Positions 26,177 through 37,492 of a stretch of 64,000 nucleotides of DNA are shown piece after piece. Source of the stretch: Fistulifera solaris (Eukaryota); assembly GCA_030295235.1 (NCBI GenBank), contig AP026167.1, positions 124,001 through 188,000 on the forward strand. Direction: 5' to 3'. Numbering within the stretch: the first letter of the stretch is position 1; the number at the start of each line of letters is the position of its first letter. The translations under genes and the position numbers were made by a program. The notes beneath the pieces are model-generated. The model had not been told where the DNA came from, ran no database searches, and was given only the letters and a program-made list of their open reading frames with translations.

Positions 26177-27170
26177 GAAAGAAGGACCCCAGACAGAGAG
26201 AAACTATAGTTGTAATGAAGCGCTTTTCTTTTCTCAAAATCTAATGCGTTTCTTGTGTCAATTTGTGTGAAAATCCTTCTCGTCATGAGAACATCCCTAA
26301 GGCGTGATCTCTTCTCCGAGCGATGCATCTTATGACATGTATCACTCCCCGTGATGTTTCAAGTCGATTCATGTTGCACGTTATCTGATTCCATTCGTGA
26401 AAGCCTAAGTAGATTGGGTATTTGTTATAACTAGGTGAAGTGCCTTCCGCAGCTAGACATAATTTATCTACCGATCACGACTAAAGAATTATGAAAAAGT
26501 CTCGGCATGGACGAATCTCAATGCGTCTTATCTACTGTTTTTCGAAGCACTTCTTTTCTGTATTCGATGTCGCGTATCATAATTGTTTTGCGTTTTCATT
26601 CAATCCGCACCATTGCACGAATCGATACAGTGAAGAACACCATGATTTTATCTTTCCTATGGCAAATTTCGGAGCACGAGCGCAAATTTATCAAAGGGCT
26701 TTAATAACTAATAACATTACATTTCAGAAAAGCGAGTTCGCAGGGACGAAGTTAAAAAATCTCCCAACACATTTGATTCATAGTAGTTGGACAATTGCTT
26801 TTGTTACCAGATAATTAATAATTATATTACCAGTACTACAAACCATTTAGAGAGGCAATAAATTCAAAATGTACTTAAAACTTGAACACTAATATATGCC
26901 CCATGTGTTGTCCACGACTCAGTGCTAGTATTTTTATAGTGCAAATGTCTCCGAAAATCGGGAGACGAAGTCTTCCAAACGGAGACGAAATCTCCGGTAC
27001 GGTACCGGTACCTAGTATGGAGACGAAATTCGTGAGTTACTATGGTGACCCCTTGTTGATCGAATTTAACATTTAACTGAGCTACCAGGTACCCTGGTAA
27101 GGTTCTCTCCTTGCAGTGTCTTAGGGTCTAGGGTCTAGGATCTAGGACTCTGCCAATAACAGTTTACAAA

Positions 27171-28701
27171 CTCCGGTCAACGGTAAATTTGGCCGCGATA
27201 CGTCCGTGTAAAACTACTTGTACTTTAAAGCGGATAGTTTAATAATACCTCGATTCGAGCTTCCGATCGCCAAGCACCTCCTTCACGTTAAAACCTCAGC
27301 GATTGTCGTTGTTTTCGCATCATTTTTGTTGTCGTCGTCACATGTCTTGTCAACAAAATGAACAACAATCACTTTTCTAAAGGGACTCTTGTCTCAGTAG
27401 GGTCATCTACATGCCATGGTAGAGAGATTACGGGTATTGTACGAAAGAAGAACCAAAACCAGGCCAATTCCGATGGAGAATCCGATGTTCCGACCCAAGA
27501 ATCAAGCAACACAATCCGTTCAGGAGACATTGCTTATGATGTCTGGTACATAATTGATAAGCAACTGTCTGTAGATGTAATAGAAGGTCGATGGGAATAG
27601 CATCTACTGCTTTTGAACCGGTCAGGAATGACATGACAAAAGGAGGAAAAGCGCATTTGGTGAATTTCACGCGTGGTGGACGGATGGTTAAAGCGACGAA
27701 AGATTCCTACAAGCGAGTTTACAAGGAGAACGGACAATATCATTACAAAAACATAAGTGAAAATTGATTGAAAAAGGGAGAATTCTATTTTAAATCATTG
27801 GAGGTTACTGGATAAAATGCGGGGTCGAACGCTGATCCAAAATTTGATTTGCTGACGCAATACAAGAACACGGAAATACCTCGACTGGAATCAATTTACC
27901 AAGAGATAGGAACAAGAACAGGGAAGCGGGTTGTAGTTCGCTATCAAAAGGACAATGCTGGACCGCACCAGGACAAAAGACTTGTCAGGTTTCTGCATGA
28001 GCAATTCGAAGCACGTGGCTGGATACTAGCATTTCAGCCGTCAAACTCACCAATCTGCAACACAAACGACAACTGTTTCTTTCCCGCCCTTTCAAAGAGA
28101 ATTTCAGCATGGCAAGGCGCAAGCAAAGGAAGCCGGGTATTTGAGCCTGATGAACTGTGGGCCGCGGTTGAAAAATGCTGGAGAGAATTTCCAATGGATA
28201 CTTTGGCGCAGTCGTACGTTCGACATGGGCAGGTTGTCTCAGCAATTGCGTCATGCGGTGGCGGTGATGATTTTGTCAAACAACAACCCAAAGGACTCCA
28301 TTTCAATGTTCGGAACTGTTGTGTAACTGTGTGTGATAATAATGGACATCCAACCGGAGTGGAGGTGATTGAGTGCATCGAGCCAGATGATGAACGTGAC
28401 CAAGAAAAAAAAACTTTTGCATGACAAACCTACCTTCAAGTCCTTGCTACGTCAAACAGTTTTGCAAATGACTGAAGCGGAGATCAAAACATTGTTTCAC
28501 AATCTTCCTGTCTCCAACGTGATGTTTGACAAAGTTGTCGATGCGTTTCTTGCATTTGAAGGTGCGCTCGACGAAGCACCATCGTCACCGTAACGTCGTA
28601 AAAACTAAAATAAACCGACGTCAGTAAGTTTTACTATATAATTTATAGTACTATGTCACTCTACACGGGGGTACTGCGGCAAACTTTATCGTTGACCGGA
28701 G
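27171..28701 (+). mobile_element. Tc1/mariner-superfamily DNA transposon, internally deleted or degenerate, with imperfect ~40-bp TIRs
   Basis: Left end CTCCGGTCAACGGTAAATTTGGCCGCGATACGTCCGTGTA; right end reverse complement CTCCGGTCAACGATAAAGTTTGCCGCAGTACCCCCGTGTA. Right flank TA, left flank AA. Transposase motifs QKDNAGPH and QPSNSPICNTND. Confidence 0.88.
27358..28593 (+). pseudogene. Mariner-like DDD transposase remnant
   Basis: Second and third catalytic Asp motifs lie in ORF 27849..28424. Upstream in-frame stops are present, and no HTH or first-Asp region is recognisable. Confidence 0.75.
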
Positions 28702-29179
28702 TAGTATCCGTAGTAAATAGTAAATCAACTTACCCCGAAGTGAAAGAGTGAAAGACGGCAAACGCGAACGACAAACGAAAAACGACAATAAATTTTTGCT
28801 TTTTGCGTTCCGAGTTCCGACTGGTAAGGCGTAAGGCCTAATAAGGTGTATCGAATATCAAATCATGAGGAGTGAGTCATCGGTCATCGTGAGGAACCGG
28901 AAGAAAGAGTCGGTCATTTTATCATTACATACTTTGTATGGTGTCAGTACTGGACGGAGCTTCCTTCGCGAGTTTTTGCTTTTTGCGTTCCGACCTTCCA
29001 GCTTCCAGCCTCCTTTTCCCTTCGAAAACCAGTCCACGGAGCTACCAGGTACGGTACCGGTACAGGGACGTAGTAAATACGTACAAGTAGTAAGATGAAA
29101 ACCTCATCACTCATCATTCATCACACAAAACCAAACCCATTACAAGATAAACAACGGACACATCAATCAATTTCGCAAC

Positions 29180-30391
29180 ATGAGGCCACTGCAAATAGCC
29201 ACATCAAATGTAATCTTTATTCTTTTCTTCGTTTTACAAGCGGCTGTCGCACCCGCCCCTCCCGAGTTGACGGTAAGTCTTCTGCGCCGCTGCTTGTCGC
29301 TCGTTCTTCACCTCGGCCCATTTCTCAAGCTTATTGCAATCCTTTAGATTGGAAATATCAACATGGCAAATACATTATTTAATGTGGGGCAAGGACTTAC
29401 GGATGAAAGTGCCGCTTACAACCACATCCAAATTAATGACACTCCAGGAACCTCGGTCGGTCTCTCCAACAATCCAGTAGGCTCACCAGGGACGACGTTC
29501 TACAGCTTTACCGTCATGGCTCCTGGCTGTGGGGAAATCGGCAACGCCGCCGTTTCGATCAAAACCTCGTACGATTCCGATGGACATTTGACAGGGGCCA
29601 ATACTGTCGACCTCGAATTAGCCGTCGGTGTTTGGGGTGGAACCCACTACGATATTCTCTCGGACCAAACAAAATTTGGCGTTTGCATTCAAGCCGATAT
29701 TCTCGTTATTGATGGAGGCAACAATCCACAAGTTCTCGCAAGCAAACAGTTTGATTTCGTCATCACACCACTTCTGAACGACTTCTCGGTCAACCCCGTC
29801 AATCTGGACACGAACGCAATCTCGAAAGTGACTACCGACACTTTGGTATCTGGTACCACCGTGACACCTTATTGGGCAGCGAGCACTCCACTGGCACCCG
29901 GCGAAGCAGTTTGGTTCTACCTTACCATCGATACGGCACCTTATGTATTTACTAGCTTTCAAGAAGTACAGATGACGGTGGGAGGGGGCGCACCTGTTAG
30001 TTTGGTGACGGGAGGTGCCATCGTAGACGGTGTATTGACAAGCTTTGAATTAGCCAACGGTGGTACCACAATGCATTTCTACCATGTTCTTTTACGATCT
30101 AAATTCGCAACCGAAGCTCAGCAGATTGCTCTTACGGGTCGGGCCAACGTTGTGTATTCAACAGGTCGTCGGTTAGACGACGAAACAGCGGAGAACAACT
30201 TTGACGTAAGCGAGTATGAACGTTCGACTACAGAAACGTTGCATTCCGAAAATAAAGAAGCCGACTTTACAGTCCGAGCAGTAATGCAGGCTTACGACGG
30301 AAATGAAGATGATAGCGGAAGTTCGAAGATTGAAATATTATCATTGATGATCGGTGGAGCCGGGTTAGCTAGTGCATCTATTCTTTTCTGA
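29180..30391 (+). CDS. Surface protein family member D; exon1 29180..29272, intron 29273..29347, exon2 29348..30391
   Basis: MRPLQIATSNVIFILFFVLQAAVAPAPPELT|GTAAGT..TAG|IGNINMANTLFNVG. Contains APGC, FGVCIQADI, FYHVLLRS, GRRL and DSGSSKIEILSLMIGGAGLASASILF. Confidence 0.9.
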
Positions 30392-31379
30392 AAGCGCAAA
30401 TTCATTTTTTTCGGGTGGCACATGCAACGGAATAGCTAAACTTGCAAATGGCAATTATTATAATTCATAAGAACTGATATTCATATTAAATGTTCTGATC
30501 CTATTGAACGCTGTGTCCATCTCTTTCAAAGTACCTGCCTTCATTCTTATTAGGGCAGCTCATCTATCTAAAATGAGTGTTAATGAGCCTTTCAGTCTGT
30601 CTAGTTGCAATTGGTCAAACTGCAGGTACCTTTAGCTCTTGACTCTAGGGACTTTCATTCCTCACTCCCGACTCCCGACCCCCGAAAAGATAAAACTCCA
30701 AATTTCTAAGCTAAATGTGCCATGTGACTATATCGCACTGTGAACGCTTGAGAAGCTTACTGTGTCGACTAGATTATACAAAGGAACATGACAAATGACT
30801 AATTTGATGACCTTAGTTTTTATTTCCTGCCTCCTCCTCCTACCCCTTGTTCCCGCCCCCGATCCCCGACTACGAAATTATAAAGCTTTTGGTAATCTTC
30901 ACCCTTTACCTTCCACTACAAAGTAAAGGCGCTCCACCATCCTCACCTCCTGAATAAAAAACATTTTGTATCCCGTATTCATTAGTCTAATCACTCTAGT
31001 GCTAGTGTCGATAGACGATAGCAAACGAAAGAAAACTCAAGGTTCTTCAGTGCAAGTCATAATAAGAGGTAATCGTCAAATGGAATATAGTGGTACTCTT
31101 TTTTTATACTATAGTGCTGAAATCATGAATCATGACTGTAAAAATAATAGGACCCCTCAATGACAGGCTTGTGTACTTTTTGAGTGCATACGGAATACGA
31201 ACAGCTTCGTTCCCGAGCGAATGCGAAAGACAAGGTGAAACAGGATGACTTGAGCTCTTCTCGTTTTGTCGATTGCAGATTCAGGTCGAGCATTTCTCGT
31301 CTCACAAAATCCAAACTCGATCAAGCGAAAAGCATTTCAACAGTTCAACAGCAGCATAGCTACAACACAAACACCAAAT

Positions 31380-32583
31380 ATGAAATTTCTCCTCTCTACA
31401 TTCGCGCTTCTCGGTTTCACCAACCAGGCATATGCGCAGCTACCTCCCACCCTCACGGTATGTTTATCAGATAGATCTGCTTTGCTTTTCTGAGACGCAT
31501 TGTCGCAATGATTTTCACCAGAGCAAAGTCAATTCAATTTACTCTGTGTTTGAAACCTTCACTGACCCACTCAATCCTTCTCCTTGCTTGCAGATCGGAG
31601 ACGTTAGTGATTCAAAAACAGAGTTCAACGTCGGGGAAGGCAACACGGACGAAACCACAAGCTTGAACCACATCCAGATCGCAGCCACTGCCGGTACCGA
31701 CGTTGAAATTTCAAACAACCCGGGACCCAACCCGCCGGCCGGTACGAAATACTACGAGTTCACCATTCTTGCTCCAGGATGCCTTGCTGCCGGAGACGGA
31801 GCCGTAACTGTCAAAACATCTTACGACCAAGACGGCCACTTGACGGCTCTCAATACAGTCGACATGGAACTCGCCGTGGCACCGTGGGGTACATCGGTTC
31901 ACGCCGTGGAGGGCAAGTTCGGCGTGTGCATTCAAGCCGATATTATAATGATCAACGCAGCCCTAGAAGCGGTGGTTCTCGAACGCAAGCACTTCGATTT
32001 CCGCGTGACACCCATCCTTTCGACCTTCACTGTCACTTCAGATATCGAGAATAACACAGTTGATGTTGGCGGCTCAACGACCGAGCAATCCGGTACAACG
32101 GTCACGGGGGCCTGGGAAGGCACCAACCCTCTACCTCCCGGAGAGCCCATCTGGTTCAGTCTCGCCGTCGATGATCAGGATTACAACTTTGTCGAATTCG
32201 AAACGGTCACCATGAAGATCGGCGCGGCACCGGCTACTAATCTCATCACCGCCACAGTTCCCGTTGATTCTGCCTTGACCAGCTTTGAGTTGGGAGCCAC
32301 CCCCAAGACGATCAATTTCTACCATATTCTTCCCCGATCAGCCTTTGGAGCCACTTCGCAAACTCTCACCATGACGGGTAAGGCCCTTGTCGACTACGTC
32401 GGACCTATTCGTCGTCTGCGGGGAACTGAAGACCGCGAGCTTGCCACAGAGCCTGTAACGACCGACTTTTCGATGGAAGCCATGATGTTGGCCGATGAAG
32501 GCGGTGACAGCGGCAGTTTCAAGATTGAGATTGTGTCGCTCGTGATCGGCGGCGTTGGTGTCATCGGTGCGGCGGTGCTTTAG
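31380..32583 (+). CDS. Surface protein family member E, near-identical copy of member C; intron 31458..31593
   Basis: Matches 15230..16433 at offset 16150, including the intron. One amino-acid difference (N/K) in the supplied translations, and a different final codon/stop. Confidence 0.9.
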
Positions 32584-32818
32584 AAACCCACAACATTTTG
32601 CCGAGAACAAGATGATTTTAGTAGAAAGAGCAGAACATTCATAATCCATCCACCCTGGCAACCATCCATAGTAACAACGCTAAAGCCACCAGTTTCATAA
32701 CTTCCTTCATTGTCCGTTTGTTCACTGATTATCCGTCATATTTTTTCCACTTATTGGATAAGGTACCATTTCTTTTCAACTACCAGGTTCCCCGAAAGCA
32801 AGTGCCCTTTTGTTTCAT

Positions 32819-32930
32819 TCTCACCATGACGGGTAAGGCCCTTGTTGACTACGTCGGACCTGTTCGTCGTCTGCGCGGTGCTGAAGACCGCGAGCTCGCC
32901 ACGGAGCCTTTAGCGACCGACTTTTCGATA
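32819..32930 (+). pseudogene. Short diverged fragment of the surface protein family (LTMTGKALVDYVGPVRRLRGAEDRELATEPLATDFS)
   Basis: Similar to 32365..32474 with several substitutions; covers just the RRL region. Confidence 0.85.
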
Positions 32931-33036
32931 AAGCCTTGACATGCGTTTGCGCCAGGTTTCCTTTTTTAAAGAGTTTTTCATTTTAAAAAGGATCGAACAG
33001 AATACGAAGAGATTTGACAATACGCTATCTCTCTTT

Positions 33037-33489
33037 TCACTCGGTCTCATGTTGCTTTTTGTGTCGTAATTCCAGCCAATTCTTTTCTATTTCAGCTGCT
33101 TCCAACCGAGCCTTTTTCGTCAATTCTTGTGCCTGTATGACTTGCAGCTCTTCCTCGGCCTCGATCGTTTCTTGATCCATCAACAAGAGGGACAAACGCA
33201 AGGTACGGATCAAACCCAATAGATGAGATGCGGCGACGCAAATGTTTTCGGTCGCCGCACGACACTGGACTTGACTCTGTGCGATATTGGCCGCCAAAGG
33301 AGGCGGAGGAGGATCTTGTAGAGACGTCATGTGACCACCGCCCGCACGGGGATCATGCTGCTGCGTCGAAGGTGCTGCAGCGGCGGCCTTGAGCAAATTA
33401 AGATACTGATTCGATAGTCGGTTGCAGGTAGCGTTCAGTGACTGTTCCCATTCTTCCGCCGGGGTAGCGTCTTTCTCGATGCGTTCCAT
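33037..33489 (-). CDS. MED22: Mediator subunit Med22 (Surfeit-5 family)
   Basis: 150 aa, predicted helical. LSNQYLNLLKAA..AATENICVAASHLLGLIRTLRLSLLLMD matches the Med22 pattern. Confidence 0.7.
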   Translation of the reverse strand: MERIEKDATPAEEWEQSLNATCNRLSNQYLNLLKAAAAAPSTQQHDPRAGGGHMTSLQDPPPPPLAANIAQSQVQCRAATENICVAASHLLGLIRTLRLSLLLMDQETIEAEEELQVIQAQELTKKARLEAAEIEKNWLELRHKKQHETE

Positions 33490-33787
33490 ACTTATGAGGA
33501 CTAAGAGTAATGTTAAGAAGCAAAGGGAAATTCAATTAATTGTGTTGTAATAGGGAAAGGAACAACAATAATAAACAGCAATGAGAGCACTAAACAATAA
33601 AGCAATACTGGTAAGTGGTAAACGGGCAAAGCTAGGCCGCTACGCAAGCAAAGGAGTTGTGTATCAACAATCAACGCACTCATCGATCGCATCGCCACAC
33701 AGACGGATGGCGCACAACAACAAAAATAACATCCACTTCGCTCTCCATTCCATTTGGTAAGGTCATCGCAAAAATAAGAAGAAAAAT

Positions 33788-34663
33788 ATGAGGTCAATAC
33801 GCACGTTATGGCTACTGACAATACTTCTGTTGGGTAAGAGTATAGTGCGGGCGAAACTAGAGCCACGCCGCAGCAGCGATCCCGATTTGATCGAACTAAA
33901 TCGCCATTACAAGGGATACATAATACATGATGGTGACGATGATTTTCAATGGCGGCAGGAACAGCAGCGGTACTTCTCTGACGCAGGACGGCATTCACAG
34001 CCTGTAACCCACTACGTTCGTCAATTATACGCACAGAGTCCGTCCATTTGCCTTACCTTTATGCTCTCGATCGCTGTCTTTGTGGCGTGGCAGATTCCGA
34101 GCGCTCAACCGTTTTTGCAACGACACTTCTTTTGTAGTATTTTCAATATTGAACAAAGACGCTATCATACACTCCTTCTAGCGAGTGTTTCTCATAAGGG
34201 ATTTTATCATCTGCTGGTCAACTGCATGTCCTTGTTGTCGGTCGGTCCTTCGGTGCGGCAAGCCTTGGCGCCGAATCCTGTTTGGCCTCTACTACTGGGA
34301 GCTAGCTTGTCGGGATCGGGGATGTTCTTGATTATGAATCATGTAACGCAAAGTTTCAGTGGCGGTTTGGGTTTATCAGACGTGACTTGTGCACTAATCG
34401 CATTTTGGGCTCGTCTGTATCCAGAACGAACGTTGCAATTCCGTCTAGGGCCCATTCCTGTCACCATGATGGCCAAGAAGGCCGTATATGCTTTGGTGGC
34501 ATGGAGCTTGGCTGCGACGCTCTATCCAGTAATTTCTTTGGGCGATTCGGTAGGACATTCGGCGCATTTGGGTGGGCTATTATTTGGCTACTTTTATTAC
34601 GATTGGTTCTCTCAGCAGTGCAAGAGGCGACATAAGTGGAAGCTTTCGTTCGAATTTCCTTAG
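33788..34663 (+). CDS. Rhomboid-family intramembrane serine protease
   Basis: SHKGFYHLLVNC (HxxxxHxxxN), GLGLSD (GxS), GHSAHLGG, and several TM helices. Confidence 0.88.
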   Translation: MRSIRTLWLLTILLLGKSIVRAKLEPRRSSDPDLIELNRHYKGYIIHDGDDDFQWRQEQQRYFSDAGRHSQPVTHYVRQLYAQSPSICLTFMLSIAVFVAWQIPSAQPFLQRHFFCSIFNIEQRRYHTLLLASVSHKGFYHLLVNCMSLLSVGPSVRQALAPNPVWPLLLGASLSGSGMFLIMNHVTQSFSGGLGLSDVTCALIAFWARLYPERTLQFRLGPIPVTMMAKKAVYALVAWSLAATLYPVISLGDSVGHSAHLGGLLFGYFYYDWFSQQCKRRHKWKLSFEFP

Positions 34664-35454
34664 TGAAAGTGGATCCTCTTGCCTCATTGAATAATGAACC
34701 TGATCAAAGGTGGAGTGCAACTCCTACTTTGTTGTCGATCGGCATAGCTAACTTAAGCCGTTGTCGTCGTCAATCGAGGAGAGACACGACCCTTTCATGC
34801 CACTTTTTGAACAACGTACCGGTAGATGTTGTTGCATTCGGAGCACACTTAACGCTTAAGTAATTTTGTTATTTTATAGTCCATCGAAAAGAAATATTTC
34901 CGTTGAACTGTAAATCCACGCCTTGAATCGCTCGCCGTGTTCACCTAGTATTTTACCAACCACAACCACACTTACCAACGTTAAGAGATGTGTCTATCCA
35001 ACGTAAAGAGATGTGTCTATCAAGCTACATTTTTACGAGCCTTTTTCTTGCGTTCACCAGCCTCAAGCCCTATTCATGCTCTGGGCTCCCTCCACACGAT
35101 CTTCATTCACGTTTCTGAACCGGTACTCCTAGATAAAAGGATAATTCTTTTTCTTGTTTCAGGCATAGGTTACATCTCAGTGCCAATTGCCAAGTCTTAC
35201 GAAGTCCGTTTGTCAAGAGGGTCAGTGTCAAGAGTCATGAGTCAAGAGGAGTCACGAGTCACGAGGTCTTCTTTCTGTCAAGGATAAAGTCATCCGACGC
35301 AGCGCGGCAGAAGGTTCACAGTGAGAGCCACAGTAAATTGAGCAAGCGTTTTTACCTCCCTCGCCATCTGTTGCATTTTTTATCATTGAGTTGGTCTATT
35401 ATTATCCATTTTCTTTCAGTTTGCAACCATCATATTCGATTAATTATCACGTCA

Positions 35455-37022
35455 ATGCAGTCAGATTTGTTGGAGGTGATTTCGAAAGAAGAACTGCCCG
35501 TTGAGCAGCAAATACGCTGGCGGAATGTGGACATTGTGCATCGACTCCGCCGAGAACCAACCGATATTAGTGAATTTAAGCACTACGAAGGTCTGGTGGC
35601 CATTATCAATGATAATGGAACGGCGGCATTGATCCATCCTCGATTATTTCGCATTATTGGTCTTCCGTTCAATGAGAAAAGCTTGAGTTTGACGTTTTAC
35701 GGAGATGAACGTAAATGTGCGATGACTTGCGCTATTACTGGATTTACGGATAAAGCGGTAGCGGAGACTGCTGCGCTGTTTTGGAGCTTAGGTCATGCGG
35801 AAAGTAGCAATCCTTCGCTTACAATTCGCAGTCATGACAATTACGGTGACGGTGTCTTCGATTTTAGGGCCGTTCAACCGGAACAACTGGCTCGGATGTT
35901 TGAAAGAAACCCAACTAGAAATGTCGTGTTCTCTTATCTAAAAATTAGTGCATTTCAATCAACTGTTCTCGCAACTCGAACGCATCCTGTGCATCTGCGA
36001 TTCGGATGCTTCTGTGCTATTGAAGATGACGGCGATGCTCTGGCAAGTACGTTATCCAACCGCCAGTCGCCGATTGGTTCTCTGAATTTTTCAGCAGTCA
36101 ATTGCAGTGACGACAGAGTGTGGTTGAGCGACGTTAATCTCAAGCGCCTCTTTCAGATTCCGTTCATCGATGAATTGATACTCGATGGCTGTTTCAGTGA
36201 CGACCTAATTCCATTCCTTTTGCTTCACCCATAAGTACCATTCGCCTGGATGATTGTCATGGTCAAATAACACAACGAATACACATTGCGCCTGATGTGC
36301 TATCTCTTGAACTCTCGTGCGGACAAGTCTATCCAACTCATTCCTTGTTTTCATACCTTTCTTACCTGGGTCACAGGGAGCTAACAAAGCTTTCGGTATT
36401 TCTTGGCTGCAACGATGATGCACAGGATAAGGATATTCAAGAGCTCATTCGTTTCATTGGCGCGAGACCTGACCTACAAGTGCTCAAATGGTCCAGTCCT
36501 CTCCGTTCCGCAGAACTAATGCGAGATTTGTTCGCAGTGGTCGAGCAGCACAAGGGGCTCCGCACCTTTCAAATAGTGGATTTTCCATACAAAATGGATC
36601 GCCATCACGAGTTTTTAGCAAATTTAATTAAACGAAACAGAGTGATCCGAGTGGTCGATAGCGATGGCGAATTATTGATAAATGGAAATGAAATGCATCA
36701 TACCCATTCTTTGAATCGATTCTACTGCGGTCTACCGAATCTTGGGCATGAATCGCCAGCTATCCGCCCAGCACTTGTTAAGGAGGCTTTGATGCATAGT
36801 GCGAAGCGAGACTTTCAGCGCGGCGCACTCTTATTGGCCAAACAGACCGACTCGCTCTACCAGTTAGTGCGCAGTGTACCAGCCGACTTGCCGACGTCAG
36901 ATGATGGCGACAATAGGATGACTCAAGCATCTGCTCCGAACCTACCGGAGGTAAATAGTAGCGAACGCAAGCGCGAGGCAAGTTGCTGCTGTGACCATTC
37001 ATGCAAGCGTGCGAAAATATAA
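35455..37022 (+). CDS. Hypothetical protein of an expanded LRR/RNI-like diatom family; frameshift(s) near 36230-36300
   Basis: Two consecutive long ORFs with LLEVI..RLRREP, AETAALFWSL, QSTVLATR.HPV.L.F, LNRFYCG and DFQRGALLL. Pattern recalled from Fistulifera hypothetical proteins, not verified by search. Confidence 0.65.
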
Positions 37023-37492
37023 ATCCCGACATGGTCCATCTGTGTCATTTTGGATGAAAAAATTGAGAGGGTCGCCTACGCGCTGCAGGAATGTTATCTC
37101 TTTCGAGGGCGTCAGAATGCACTTCCCGAATGGAGTTACCTGCAGGAAAATTTGTGGATATGATTGGAGACCGACCGCTTCGGACTTGTGCAGGAGGTAG
37201 CATTGGTTCTGATGCCAATGATTATAGACAGGGTCTAGTGTCTAGTTGACGATTATACGAAACTAGAAATAGACCCCAAAATGCGTCATGTTTTCATTTT
37301 CAGGAATGACATCAATTGAATGCATGTACTAGTTTAAACTTTAAACGCGTAAACACTTCTTTATTTTAATCAAATCGTCGAAACTTAGAATATTGGAGTT
37401 TGGAAGCGAACACAGACATATAAGTACATAAAACGAATCAAGACGAGCATCATACGATAGTGGATGAACTGTGATAAGTACATCAAATGTAC

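Noticed and set aside
27121..27147. Telomere or interstitial telomeric repeat
   Set aside because: Only one exact TTAGGG followed by degenerate 7-mers; too short.
33513..34034. 173-aa minus-strand ORF
   Set aside because: Overlaps the rhomboid gene antisense and the divergent promoter; no recognisable motifs.
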